A stretch of 64,000 nucleotides of DNA from positions 39,933 to 103,932 of IMG/VR virus record IMGVR_UViG_3300020732_000008; one strand, 5' to 3'. Below the pieces are notes generated by a model, which was not told the origin of the DNA, made no database searches, and worked only from the letters and a program-made list of their open reading frames with translations. Numbering within the stretch: position 1 is the stretch's first letter; every line of letters starts with the position of its first letter. The position numbers and the translations under genes were made by a program. Below, in pieces: positions 31,317-38,830 of the stretch. This DNA comes from a virus.

Positions 31317-31516
31317 TAAAATAAATCCTTACGACTTTTCTCTGGATGATCTGACGTATTAACGCATGTATGATTGTACGATTCTTTTTTACCAGCACGA
31401 ATAGCTCCGGCACCACCAAGACGGGTTACGTGGTGTGCACAGTCTAGGCACGTCCAAGAGTGACTGGTAAGGCCATTGACCTTACCGTTCACCTTGTATT
31501 CAATGCGCTTAGCCAT
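31316..31516 (-). CDS. Small Zn-finger hypothetical protein
   Basis: CLDC...HTC. Confidence 0.55.
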   Translation of the reverse strand: MAKRIEYKVNGKVNGLTSHSWTCLDCAHHVTRLGGAGAIRAGKKESYNHTCVNTSDHPEKSRKDLF

Positions 31517-33016
31517 TTATTTTTCTACTGGTGTGAACTTACCTGTTGCACCAGATGTAATCTGATCAACAATATTAGAAGTAGAAGCTCTAACGCCACG
31601 TTGACGCCCTGTACGAGGGGATCTTAAGCGTTGCTGAGCTGGAGCTGCACCAGGAACTGTTGTAGCAGCTACAACTGGACGATCATTAGGGCTCTTCCAG
31701 ATTGAACGGTTGCCCTTTTTCCAGTCTTGAATCATCATAGATGTATAGGTCTTATGATCAATAGCATTGGCTGGAGGAGCTGATGGGACAGCAAATTTAC
31801 GTGTTCCCATATTTGCTCCACCGGCATCACGGCCCAGCTGAGTAATACCAAAGCCCTTTGGATGCCACTTAACTTCTTTAAATCCAGTTTTAACATCGCC
31901 AGTTGGCACGTAAGCTTTTCTGGTTACTTTGCTATCGTAAATCTGAGAAGTTAGGTCTTTATGAACGGTATGAACATTAAGGCCCGTGCTCTTTAACCAA
32001 CCACGTACGTGGCTGATGTCATGGCCGGTGTGGTGTGCGATCTCTGCAATCTTGGTATCAGCAAGTCCCTTATTCTCACGTGCTTCACCTGCGGTATTTT
32101 CACCCAGGTAATAGTTAAGAGAAGGAACCTTTTTCTCAGCTTCAGCTTTAACTTCATTGATTCCATGAATGTGCTCTTGAGCTTCTGCAGGAGTAATGTG
32201 TCCACCACGTAGGGCTGACATTACTTCATGGCGCTTAGCGTTTGATCCCTTACCAATAACCTTGCCACCTTGAGCAGCAAGAGAGTTTCCAGAGGGTCTT
32301 ACGAGCTGATTCTGAGCCTCTAGTGGTGTGAGCTGCTTGTTTTTAAGCTTTTCAATAGTGTTAGGACGATTTACTTCACGTCCTGCAGACATCATCTCTG
32401 AACGTGTCTTAGAGTTAAGGCCTGCTGTCTTTGTCTCTACTGCAGCTTCACGAGCTTTTACACCAAAGTAAACCGTACGACGTGCGTTGGCTTGTTTTCC
32501 TGATCCACCAGGAACAGTGGTCTGTCCAGCGATAGATCCAATATTAGCGACTTTATCTGCAGTAGCTTTTTCACTTGCAATCTTTTCCATGGATTTTCCA
32601 CCCACATCTACAGTTTGATTACCTGTAGCTGTTGTGGTTACTCCTGTTACAAATTTACGACTCTTAGCAACACGTCGTTGCTCTAAACGTTCTGAACGGC
32701 TAAGTGGTACACGAACGTTACCTCCAGCATTAGGAGCAGCAAATCCCTTACTAGGAGTTACTGGCCTCTGACGCTTACCAACAACTCCGGTACGTGCTGG
32801 AGCTCCTCCAGGACCGGTACCTGTAAGAGGTACAGCTGCAGTATTGATTGCAGCATTAGCTCGTTGATTGGGTACGGCGTTACCTGTTGGTGCAGGTGAA
32901 GAAGACCCTGGCAATTCTGAGATCTGTGCATTTAACTCAGAAACTTTACCTGGAGTTAAATCTTCATGAGTTAGATCTGCTCCAGGCTTTCTAAACTGAC
33001 GTCCTTGTGTTGTCAT
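31517..33016 (-). CDS. Basic low-complexity hypothetical protein (499 aa)
   Basis: Long ORF rich in K/R/A/T/G; coupled to neighbours. Confidence 0.7.
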   Translation of the reverse strand: MTTQGRQFRKPGADLTHEDLTPGKVSELNAQISELPGSSSPAPTGNAVPNQRANAAINTAAVPLTGTGPGGAPARTGVVGKRQRPVTPSKGFAAPNAGGNVRVPLSRSERLEQRRVAKSRKFVTGVTTTATGNQTVDVGGKSMEKIASEKATADKVANIGSIAGQTTVPGGSGKQANARRTVYFGVKAREAAVETKTAGLNSKTRSEMMSAGREVNRPNTIEKLKNKQLTPLEAQNQLVRPSGNSLAAQGGKVIGKGSNAKRHEVMSALRGGHITPAEAQEHIHGINEVKAEAEKKVPSLNYYLGENTAGEARENKGLADTKIAEIAHHTGHDISHVRGWLKSTGLNVHTVHKDLTSQIYDSKVTRKAYVPTGDVKTGFKEVKWHPKGFGITQLGRDAGGANMGTRKFAVPSAPPANAIDHKTYTSMMIQDWKKGNRSIWKSPNDRPVVAATTVPGAAPAQQRLRSPRTGRQRGVRASTSNIVDQITSGATGKFTPVEK

Positions 33017-33681
33017 TATGAGTTACCCAATCCTGCATCGTCTTTTACTTGATCTGAAGTTCCAGAGCTACTAGTAGACGTAATAGGTGATGGTCCACTT
33101 GAAGCCGGAGTTGATGGTGAGCTTCCTTCAGGTGTTGACTGTGTGAAGGTACTTGTTCTACTTCCCATACCAGCGGTTGTTGCTCGTGCAGAGCGAGAAG
33201 CTTTAGATGTGCTAGGGAGTCCTGAAGCAGTATGCATTGCTAGGAATGAATCCATATCACCACCGGAACCGGTGTGACGTTGAAAGGATCGTTGATATCC
33301 TGGGCTCTGCTGTAATGCCATTTCATGAGAGATAGCGTTGTTCTTAACCATAGAAACTGCGGTTTGCTTATTAAGAGGTCCACCACTTGGGTTAGTTCCT
33401 GGCTGTGACGTGCGTAGTGCGGTCCAATCAGCTTCTGTTTTTAAAACAGCTTCTCGGTCCAAACGACGTGCACCAGATACTCTGATGTTCTCGTTAGCTT
33501 GGTGAGTAATTCGATCTCGTCGATTCTGCTCACGGAAAGATTCATTGGCAACCATCTGTCGTTGCCGTGACATACCTAGGGCTGCTTCACCTAGTTTTCC
33601 TAAAATGTTACCTGCAATAGCTCCGCCTCTACTACCCTTTGCTACAGGTAGGTTTACGTTGCCGTTAAAGTTTCTCGCCAT
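33016..33681 (-). CDS. Hypothetical protein with Ser/Thr-rich tail
   Basis: ORF coupled by TAATG. Confidence 0.65.
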   Translation of the reverse strand: MARNFNGNVNLPVAKGSRGGAIAGNILGKLGEAALGMSRQRQMVANESFREQNRRDRITHQANENIRVSGARRLDREAVLKTEADWTALRTSQPGTNPSGGPLNKQTAVSMVKNNAISHEMALQQSPGYQRSFQRHTGSGGDMDSFLAMHTASGLPSTSKASRSARATTAGMGSRTSTFTQSTPEGSSPSTPASSGPSPITSTSSSGTSDQVKDDAGLGNS

Positions 33682-33979
33682 CTAGTTCAGCCTCCGGCTG
33701 GTATATGCGCACTGCCCTCGCATTACGGGAATGTAATACTGACGCATGTTTATTGTAATGATGATTGCAGAAATATAAATCCCCAACACTGAGGTAAATG
33801 TGTACAAATGCTCGTGCAGAGCACGAATCACATTGCTGTCGCTGCGGCCCCTGCGCTTCCAGCTCCACCGGCATCAGTTCCTTCGCCAAAGCTTCCATCT
33901 TGATCCCCTGCTCCGGGCATTGACGACCCATTAGCTCCTTCAGATCCGACCATGCCGTCTGGAGAGCCAATGTCCCCAC
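33665..33979 (-). CDS. Small Zn-finger protein (true start probably downstream of 33979)
   Basis: CDSCSARA...LYFCNHH motif, common in actinobacteria. Confidence 0.55.
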   Translation of the reverse strand: MGTLALQTAWSDLKELMGRQCPEQGIKMEALAKELMPVELEAQGPQRQQCDSCSARAFVHIYLSVGDLYFCNHHYNKHASVLHSRNARAVRIYQPEAELDGEKL

Positions 33980-34094
33980 CGAGACCTGAATAGATTAGAT
34001 TGTTGTATGGTTGAACCAGTGGTCCAAAGCTTACGCCGCCTGTGGCAAAGGGCATAGAAGCACCCAAAGTAAACTGGTGCTTATTCTTTTTCAT
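33828..34094 (-). CDS. Gly-rich hypothetical protein
   Basis: First ORF after a short intergenic gap. Confidence 0.55.
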   Translation of the reverse strand: MKKNKHQFTLGASMPFATGGVSFGPLVQPYNNLIYSGLGGDIGSPDGMVGSEGANGSSMPGAGDQDGSFGEGTDAGGAGSAGAAATAM

Positions 34095-34129
34095 GTCTTA
34101 TTTTCTCAGACAGAACTTACGCTGTAAGG

Positions 34130-34699
34130 TTAAGCGTATTGTACGTAAACCCGTGTCTCTCCACCAGAGTAGACGTCATATTCTTTTGCAGCATCAATGG
34201 CAATAGCCATTTCTTTCTTTGCTTTTTCAACAGTTCTTAGATCCTTCTTATACAAAGATCCTGCGGCATAGTCTCCACCGCTACCTGATGAGGTTACACC
34301 ACGAGCTTCACGATCAAAAGAGTAGTCTTCATCAATCCAAAATACAATTCCCTGCACTGCAACGATGAATGCACCGTCATGTTGTGCGAAGTCTCCGTCA
34401 TCCTTCATATCATAACCGCCATCAACAAAGAGCTGACGCATTGCGGGAATGAAGGTGCGAGCCATCCAAGTATCTAATTCTTCTACAGTCATACGTGACT
34501 TACGAGGTTTTGGGGCTTTCCATGCTTTTTGCATGAGATCCATACCACGACCCATACCACAACCTGCAATAAGGATTCCGTTGTTATCGATTACTTTATC
34601 ATTTGCCATTTGAAGGCGTTTGTAATCACCGACTGTGGATTGGGTATCAGCACCCATTACAACCCAGCCATCACCTTGTACTGCAGCAATTGTTGTCAA
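34130..34699 (-). CDS. Proteasome beta-subunit/HslV-like Ntn peptidase (TTG start at 34699)
   Basis: Mature N-terminus TTIAAV...MGADTQ, DK, GSGGDYAAG, DVYSGG; AAGGA SD. Confidence 0.85.
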   Translation of the reverse strand: MTTIAAVQGDGWVVMGADTQSTVGDYKRLQMANDKVIDNNGILIAGCGMGRGMDLMQKAWKAPKPRKSRMTVEELDTWMARTFIPAMRQLFVDGGYDMKDDGDFAQHDGAFIVAVQGIVFWIDEDYSFDREARGVTSSGSGGDYAAGSLYKKDLRTVEKAKKEMAIAIDAAKEYDVYSGGETRVYVQYA

Positions 34700-34821
34700 T
34701 TCAGTTCCTTTAGGTTGTAGTGTGCCCGTCACGCAATAATTACTACCAAGAGACAAATAATGGGACTTGTAAATACACCACGGGCTGTCTGCACCCCGCA
34801 GACCATATCTAAGTGTAGCAG

Positions 34822-34892
34822 CTCCCGAACATGGATTCGAACCACAACTGAGTGCTCCAGAGGCACCTGTACTACCGTTATACGATTCGGGA
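34822..34892 (-). tRNA. tRNA-Gln(CTG)
   Basis: Acceptor TCCCGAA/TTCGGGA; anticodon arm GGTGC-CTCTGGA-GCACT; T-loop TTCGAAT; no encoded CCA. Confidence 0.9.
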
Positions 34893-34914
34893 AGGACCTG
34901 GGGTGATACTCTCG

Positions 34915-34986
34915 CTGGTCATCCTGGAATTGAACCAGGTACCTCCCGATTATAGGTAGGGCGCTCTGCCATTGAGCTAACGACCA
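34915..34986 (-). tRNA. tRNA with TAT anticodon (Ile-UAU-like, atypical)
   Basis: Acceptor TGGTCGT/ATGACCA; D arm GCTC/GAGC; loop CCTATAA; T arm CCTGG-TTCAATT-CCAGG. Confidence 0.75.
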
Positions 34987-35135
34987 AAAAGTGAAACCTC
35001 AAGCCCAATGCTCATAGGCGCTTTAATCCGTCATCTAATGACAGAACCTTTTGGGCGGTACTTGAGGTTTCTGGATAAAATGATTGGGATGGCAACTCGG
35101 AGGTTACCGAATCCCAATCTGATAACTATAACATA

Positions 35136-35618
35136 TTACTTAATAGGGATCGTGCGGGCCTTCAAGTGTTCGGGGACCTCACGTTCAAGAGAAATCTTAA
35201 GAATTCCCTCTTTCAACGAGGCACCTAGAATTTTGACATCATCAGCGACACCAAATTTCTTTTCGAACTCTCTTGCGGCGACACCCTTATGTAGATACGT
35301 TTTATCCAAACTTTCTCGAACGCCGGAGACTGTAATTACAGAATCCTTAAATTCGATCTTAATGTCCTCTTTACTGAAGCCAGCGACCGCAAGTTCGATT
35401 TCATACTTGTCTTTCCCTAGGTCAATGATGTTATAGGGCGGGTAGCTGGAATCCCGGTTAGATTGGGCAATGGACTGCCATTGAACCAGATGTGGTTGAA
35501 TTCCCACTGTCCAGGGCGTAAGGGCCCTCTGAAGGGCTGCGAAGGGGTCTACATAGGTTGCTGTAGGGACCTGCTTGTGATTAATCTCTTCTTTGCCGTA
35601 GATAGCGTGTTGATGCAT
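35136..35618 (-). CDS. Small heat shock protein (Hsp20)
   Basis: YPPYNI, IELAVAGFSKEDI, YLHKGVAAREF, ASLKEGILKISL. Confidence 0.95.
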   Translation of the reverse strand: MHQHAIYGKEEINHKQVPTATYVDPFAALQRALTPWTVGIQPHLVQWQSIAQSNRDSSYPPYNIIDLGKDKYEIELAVAGFSKEDIKIEFKDSVITVSGVRESLDKTYLHKGVAAREFEKKFGVADDVKILGASLKEGILKISLEREVPEHLKARTIPIK

Positions 35619-35892
35619 GATTTATATCTCCTTAGACGATATATGTATGTTTACGGTCCCCAAGACGGGCAACCGCTAGCCAATATTAACATAAGCCACT
35701 GCCTATTTATTCCAAGAGTGACGAGGTGACGACCCCTTGTGTGATTTATAACACTTTCGTTACCTTGGGACATCGGTTACCCGTCATAAAAATAATACAT
35801 TCTTCGTATGAACCCCATTTGACCTCTCAGCACCCGGCGATTCTCAGGATTCACTACCCTCCTCCCCCTCTATTCTTCTTATGACCGATCTA

Positions 35893-35912
35893 TACCCCCC
35901 GAATTTTCACCC
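35893..35912 (+). promoter_or_regulatory. 20-bp repeated motif, copy 1 (TACCCCCCGAATTTTCACCC)
   Basis: Aligns without gaps to copies at 37096 and 37696. Confidence 0.55.
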
Positions 35913-36203
35913 ATTAGAACATCTGTTCGATCGCCCCTTGGCCACTGCCCCCCATCTTGAGGTCATGCTCACCTGTCTCACCTGGGCGGAGTGTCTGAGT
36001 GGCTCATTTAAGGGTGGGGGTATCTGGTCGGTAAGCGAGACCACCCCCCCACTAGGTAGAAGTCTGCCCTAGTGGGTTTCTCTTTGCGCTCATAATGGCG
36101 TACGGTTGAGGGCTATCACGCAATTAGTGGTAGCCCTCTTCAGTATGCCCTTATGGGGCAGAACTGTGGATAGTCCACAGTAATCTCAAGCAAAGGAATA
36201 AAA

Positions 36204-36665
36204 ATGACAACAGCAACCGCAATCCTCGTTTCCCAAAGCAACCGTCAAGGTCGCAAGGGTTCAGAGCAGGCACTAGGTGAAATTGCCGAGGCTTATCGCT
36301 CTGAGCAGGTGTCTGTCCCTAGTCCGTATGACATTACAGGACTCCGTACAGTTACCAAGAAGGATAAGACGGTGATTTATTCACCTGCTCTCAAAATGGC
36401 ACACGCTGCTTATCTCCACGTTAATCTCGGATACCCTGTGGGTAAGGCTCTAAGCCTTGCCAATCAGTATTCAGACGTGGAAGGCACCGACATTTTGGTC
36501 ACCTTCTATGGTAAGGGTACTGACGCCAATGTGCGTGAGGCTATCAACTCTCACCACGCCGTCACTATCCAGAACCGCAAGGATACTGAGGTAGACCGTG
36601 CTTACGCTGCTCTCGAAGCGGCTAAGGCTCGTTTGGAAAAGTTGGGTGTGCTAGTGAGCGCATAA
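36204..36665 (+). CDS. Hypothetical protein, first gene of the plus-strand arm
   Basis: AAAGGA SD; 153 aa. Confidence 0.8.
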   Translation: MTTATAILVSQSNRQGRKGSEQALGEIAEAYRSEQVSVPSPYDITGLRTVTKKDKTVIYSPALKMAHAAYLHVNLGYPVGKALSLANQYSDVEGTDILVTFYGKGTDANVREAINSHHAVTIQNRKDTEVDRAYAALEAAKARLEKLGVLVSA

Positions 36666-36920
36666 AGGAGAATAGGGGGTAGAGAAGCCCCCTACACCTT
36701 CGCAAGCCCATCAGTAGAGATACTGGTGGGTTTGAGTGGGTGTTATGCACCCTGTCATTTGAGCGCAAAGAGGATAAATTGTTGTTCTGCCTTCCCTATG
36801 TGGTGGCTCAGAGCGGTGGTCAATAGACCTACCCTCTGGGCCACTACTTTTATGCCCTCACACCTGTGTGGCTGTATAACCAGGTCTAGAGGGGGTGGGG
36901 CTCACTCTTATCAGGTATTT

Positions 36921-37071
36921 AGTGAAAGATAGATAGGTACTGAACACCTCGTTATCGGACTGGCTTAATGCATCTCGAGGCGATGTTCTATTCCTGTAGG
37001 TATAACCTATAGATAGGGCTGTAAACGCACTTTCCGTATAACCGCTATTAGGTATCTATCTATCTCTCACT
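36921..37071 (+). ncRNA. Candidate structured ncRNA domain closed by a 20-bp stem
   Basis: AGTGAAAGATAGATAGGTAC / GTATCTATCTATCTCTCACT (19 of 20 paired) with internal hairpins. Confidence 0.6.
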
Positions 37072-37095
37072 CTCTATCTTATTGAGAGTTATCGG

Positions 37096-37115
37096 TACCC
37101 CCGATATTTTTACCC
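37096..37115 (+). promoter_or_regulatory. 20-bp repeated motif, copy 2 (TACCCCCGATATTTTTACCC)
   Basis: Directly upstream of the RBS for the 37130 gene. Confidence 0.55.
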
Positions 37116-37129
37116 CAAAGGAGGCAGTT

Positions 37130-37333
37130 ATGAACTGCATCTATTGTGGCGCTGATGTGCCACAAGATCGTTGGAACCTAGACAAGCATTACTGTATGTC
37201 TAGGGAGTGTGTAGACAAGGCTCTAGCAGAGTCTAGGTCTAACTTCCGCTTTGTGCTTATGCCTAAGCAGGGTTTTGCCTATGTCTACAAAGATTCCCCC
37301 GATTTACTCAATGGTAGGAGTTCAGGCAGATAG
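37130..37333 (+). CDS. Small Cys-motif protein
   Basis: AAGGAGG SD, then MNCIYC...CMSREC. Confidence 0.75.
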   Translation: MNCIYCGADVPQDRWNLDKHYCMSRECVDKALAESRSNFRFVLMPKQGFAYVYKDSPDLLNGRSSGR

Positions 37334-37359
37334 CCTGACAATTCTCGAAAGGAGTCATC

Positions 37360-37596
37360 ATGTCTATAACAATTACCCTCTCAGCTGAGGATTACTTCCA
37401 CATCGTCAATGTATTACTTGACGAGTGCGGTAGCCAAGAAAGTGAGGCGGTTATCTCCCGTATGTACTCATCTAGGAATGGAAAGTTTTTGCCTTGTGTT
37501 ATATGTAGCAATCCTGAGCAATATCGTGCCTATTATGGTGCCAAGGGTTACTGTATCGACTGTATCCCTGACAGCGAGAGGAAGGTAAACGCATGA
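37360..37596 (+). CDS. Small Zn-finger protein
   Basis: AAGGAG SD; CVIC...CIDC. Confidence 0.75.
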   Translation: MSITITLSAEDYFHIVNVLLDECGSQESEAVISRMYSSRNGKFLPCVICSNPEQYRAYYGAKGYCIDCIPDSERKVNA

Positions 37597-37691
37597 GCAT
37601 TTTAGACCCCATGCAATCGGGCCTACCCATCACCTTGATGTGGCTAGGCCTTTCCCTATGTATTGGCTATTTGCTCATAGGTAAGAAGTAA
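37593..37691 (+). CDS. Small membrane peptide (32 aa)
   Basis: Read manually; ATGA coupling; single hydrophobic segment followed by KK. Confidence 0.55.
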   Translation: MSILDPMQSGLPITLMWLGLSLCIGYLLIGKK

Positions 37692-37695
37692 TCAG

Positions 37696-37715
37696 TACCC
37701 CGCAAAATTTGACCC
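37696..37715 (+). promoter_or_regulatory. 20-bp repeated motif, copy 3 (TACCCCGCAAAATTTGACCC)
   Basis: Intergenic, just before a terminator. Confidence 0.55.
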
Positions 37716-37723
37716 GTTAAATT

Positions 37724-37750
37724 GCGCATCTCGAGAGAGGTGCGCTTTTT
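37724..37750 (+). terminator. Intrinsic terminator
   Basis: GCGCATCTC-GAGA-GAGGTGCGC-TTTTT. Confidence 0.75.
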
Positions 37751-37786
37751 ACTGTGCCAAAAGGTGCAGGAATTAGGGAGGACACA

Positions 37787-37948
37787 ATGAGAAATGGAAC
37801 ACTTTCACCAACAGAAAGTACAAGTTGGGAACCTGTCTATGGAAATTACAAGACAAGTGACCAGTACTGTCCACACTGCACCTCAGGGTGTAACTCGTGT
37901 GGTTACGGTAAAGACAAAACTTGTAATTGCTGCGAGGTCTCAAAATGA
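37787..37948 (+). CDS. Small Cys-rich protein
   Basis: GGAGG SD; CPHC..GCNSC...CNCC. Confidence 0.65.
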   Translation: MRNGTLSPTESTSWEPVYGNYKTSDQYCPHCTSGCNSCGYGKDKTCNCCEVSK

Positions 37949-38157
37949 TGTGGTACCTCAAGGCTTTGATCCATCGCTATTACATGGGCTATTGGCCAAA
38001 GAAGCCAGTTTCCATTAAAAAGGCGATTAGACGAGCTGAAAAGGGATTAGTGATGTTAGTTGATGAAATGAATATGACTTCATCAATGATGAAGAACTAC
38101 ATTGAGCCGGATATGTTGGCTCAAATTGATAGAACGATTGAAAAGATTCTTGGATGA
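37945..38157 (+). CDS. Hypothetical protein
   Basis: ATGA coupling. Confidence 0.6.
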   Translation: MMWYLKALIHRYYMGYWPKKPVSIKKAIRRAEKGLVMLVDEMNMTSSMMKNYIEPDMLAQIDRTIEKILG

Positions 38158-38224
38158 GTAAGGCAGCCAATAAATCCCTCGGATTTGTTGGTTGCATTAT
38201 CTATCCAAAAGATAGATAAAAAGG

Positions 38225-38358
38225 GGGAACAACACAGGACTGTGGACGCTAGGCGTATTTATACGCATAGGCTAGGCCATTGGAACTCGAAGGAATGTGC
38301 ATTAAAAGCTAGAGGAGCCGATGGTGACCCGAGCCGCCCCCTTCCCTGTGTTATTCTT
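38225..38358 (+). ncRNA. Candidate ncRNA domain
   Basis: GGGAA.AACACAGG / CCTGTGTT.TTCTT closing stem. Confidence 0.5.
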
Positions 38359-38363
38359 AACAG

Positions 38364-38496
38364 GAGAACAGCGAGAGACTATACACAGCAAGGCCCGGCA
38401 TCCTCCCCGTAAGTATTAACCGACCACTTAGTGGAACGAAAGAACACGGTCGCATGCCCCCCCTTAGCCAGTGTATCTTCCACCCTCGCTGTTCTC
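38364..38496 (+). ncRNA. Candidate rod-like ncRNA with C-rich unpaired tracts
   Basis: Perfect 12-bp GAGAACAGCGAG/CTCGCTGTTCTC, extended by ATACAC/GTGTAT, AAGG/CCTT and GGCAT/ATGCC. Confidence 0.65.
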
Positions 38497-38501
38497 TTTT
38501 T

Positions 38502-38808
38502 ATTTGACATGATGGAAGGCAGATAATTACGACGACTGCCTGTAAAGTGCACAGCCTTTCTATGTTAGTACCCAGTGATATGGCGAATCATAAGATTGCT
38601 GCTAAATACACGCTTTGTTCTTGTAAACGTCCTGTGAATAAAAGTTATGGAGGATCCATAATATAAGGCAACGCATGCCGTATATTCCCGGAGCGACGCA
38701 GTGAGCATGTACTGTTTACAAATATCACGACAAAGCTAAAGGTATGGATAACGTGGTCCTCACGTGCAATATGTCCTCCGTAATTATCTGTCTCCCACTA
38801 TGTCAAAT
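38502..38808 (+). ncRNA. Candidate ~300-nt multibranched ncRNA
   Basis: 30-bp closing stem (28 paired) plus nested GCTTTGT/ACAAAGC, TTGTAAAC/GTTTACAA and several hairpins. Confidence 0.7.
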
Positions 38809-38830
38809 GACATAGTTAAAGGAGGAGAAG

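Noticed and set aside
35008-35436. 142-aa + strand ORF
   Set aside because: It is antisense to the clear hsp20 gene.
38372-38390. GAGACTATA resembling a group I intron core element
   Set aside because: No matching S element or interrupted gene was found; the bases are explained by the rod-like stem.
38502-38808. MITE or transposon with terminal inverted repeats
   Set aside because: No target-site duplication, transposase or second copy was seen; extensive internal pairing favours an RNA structure.
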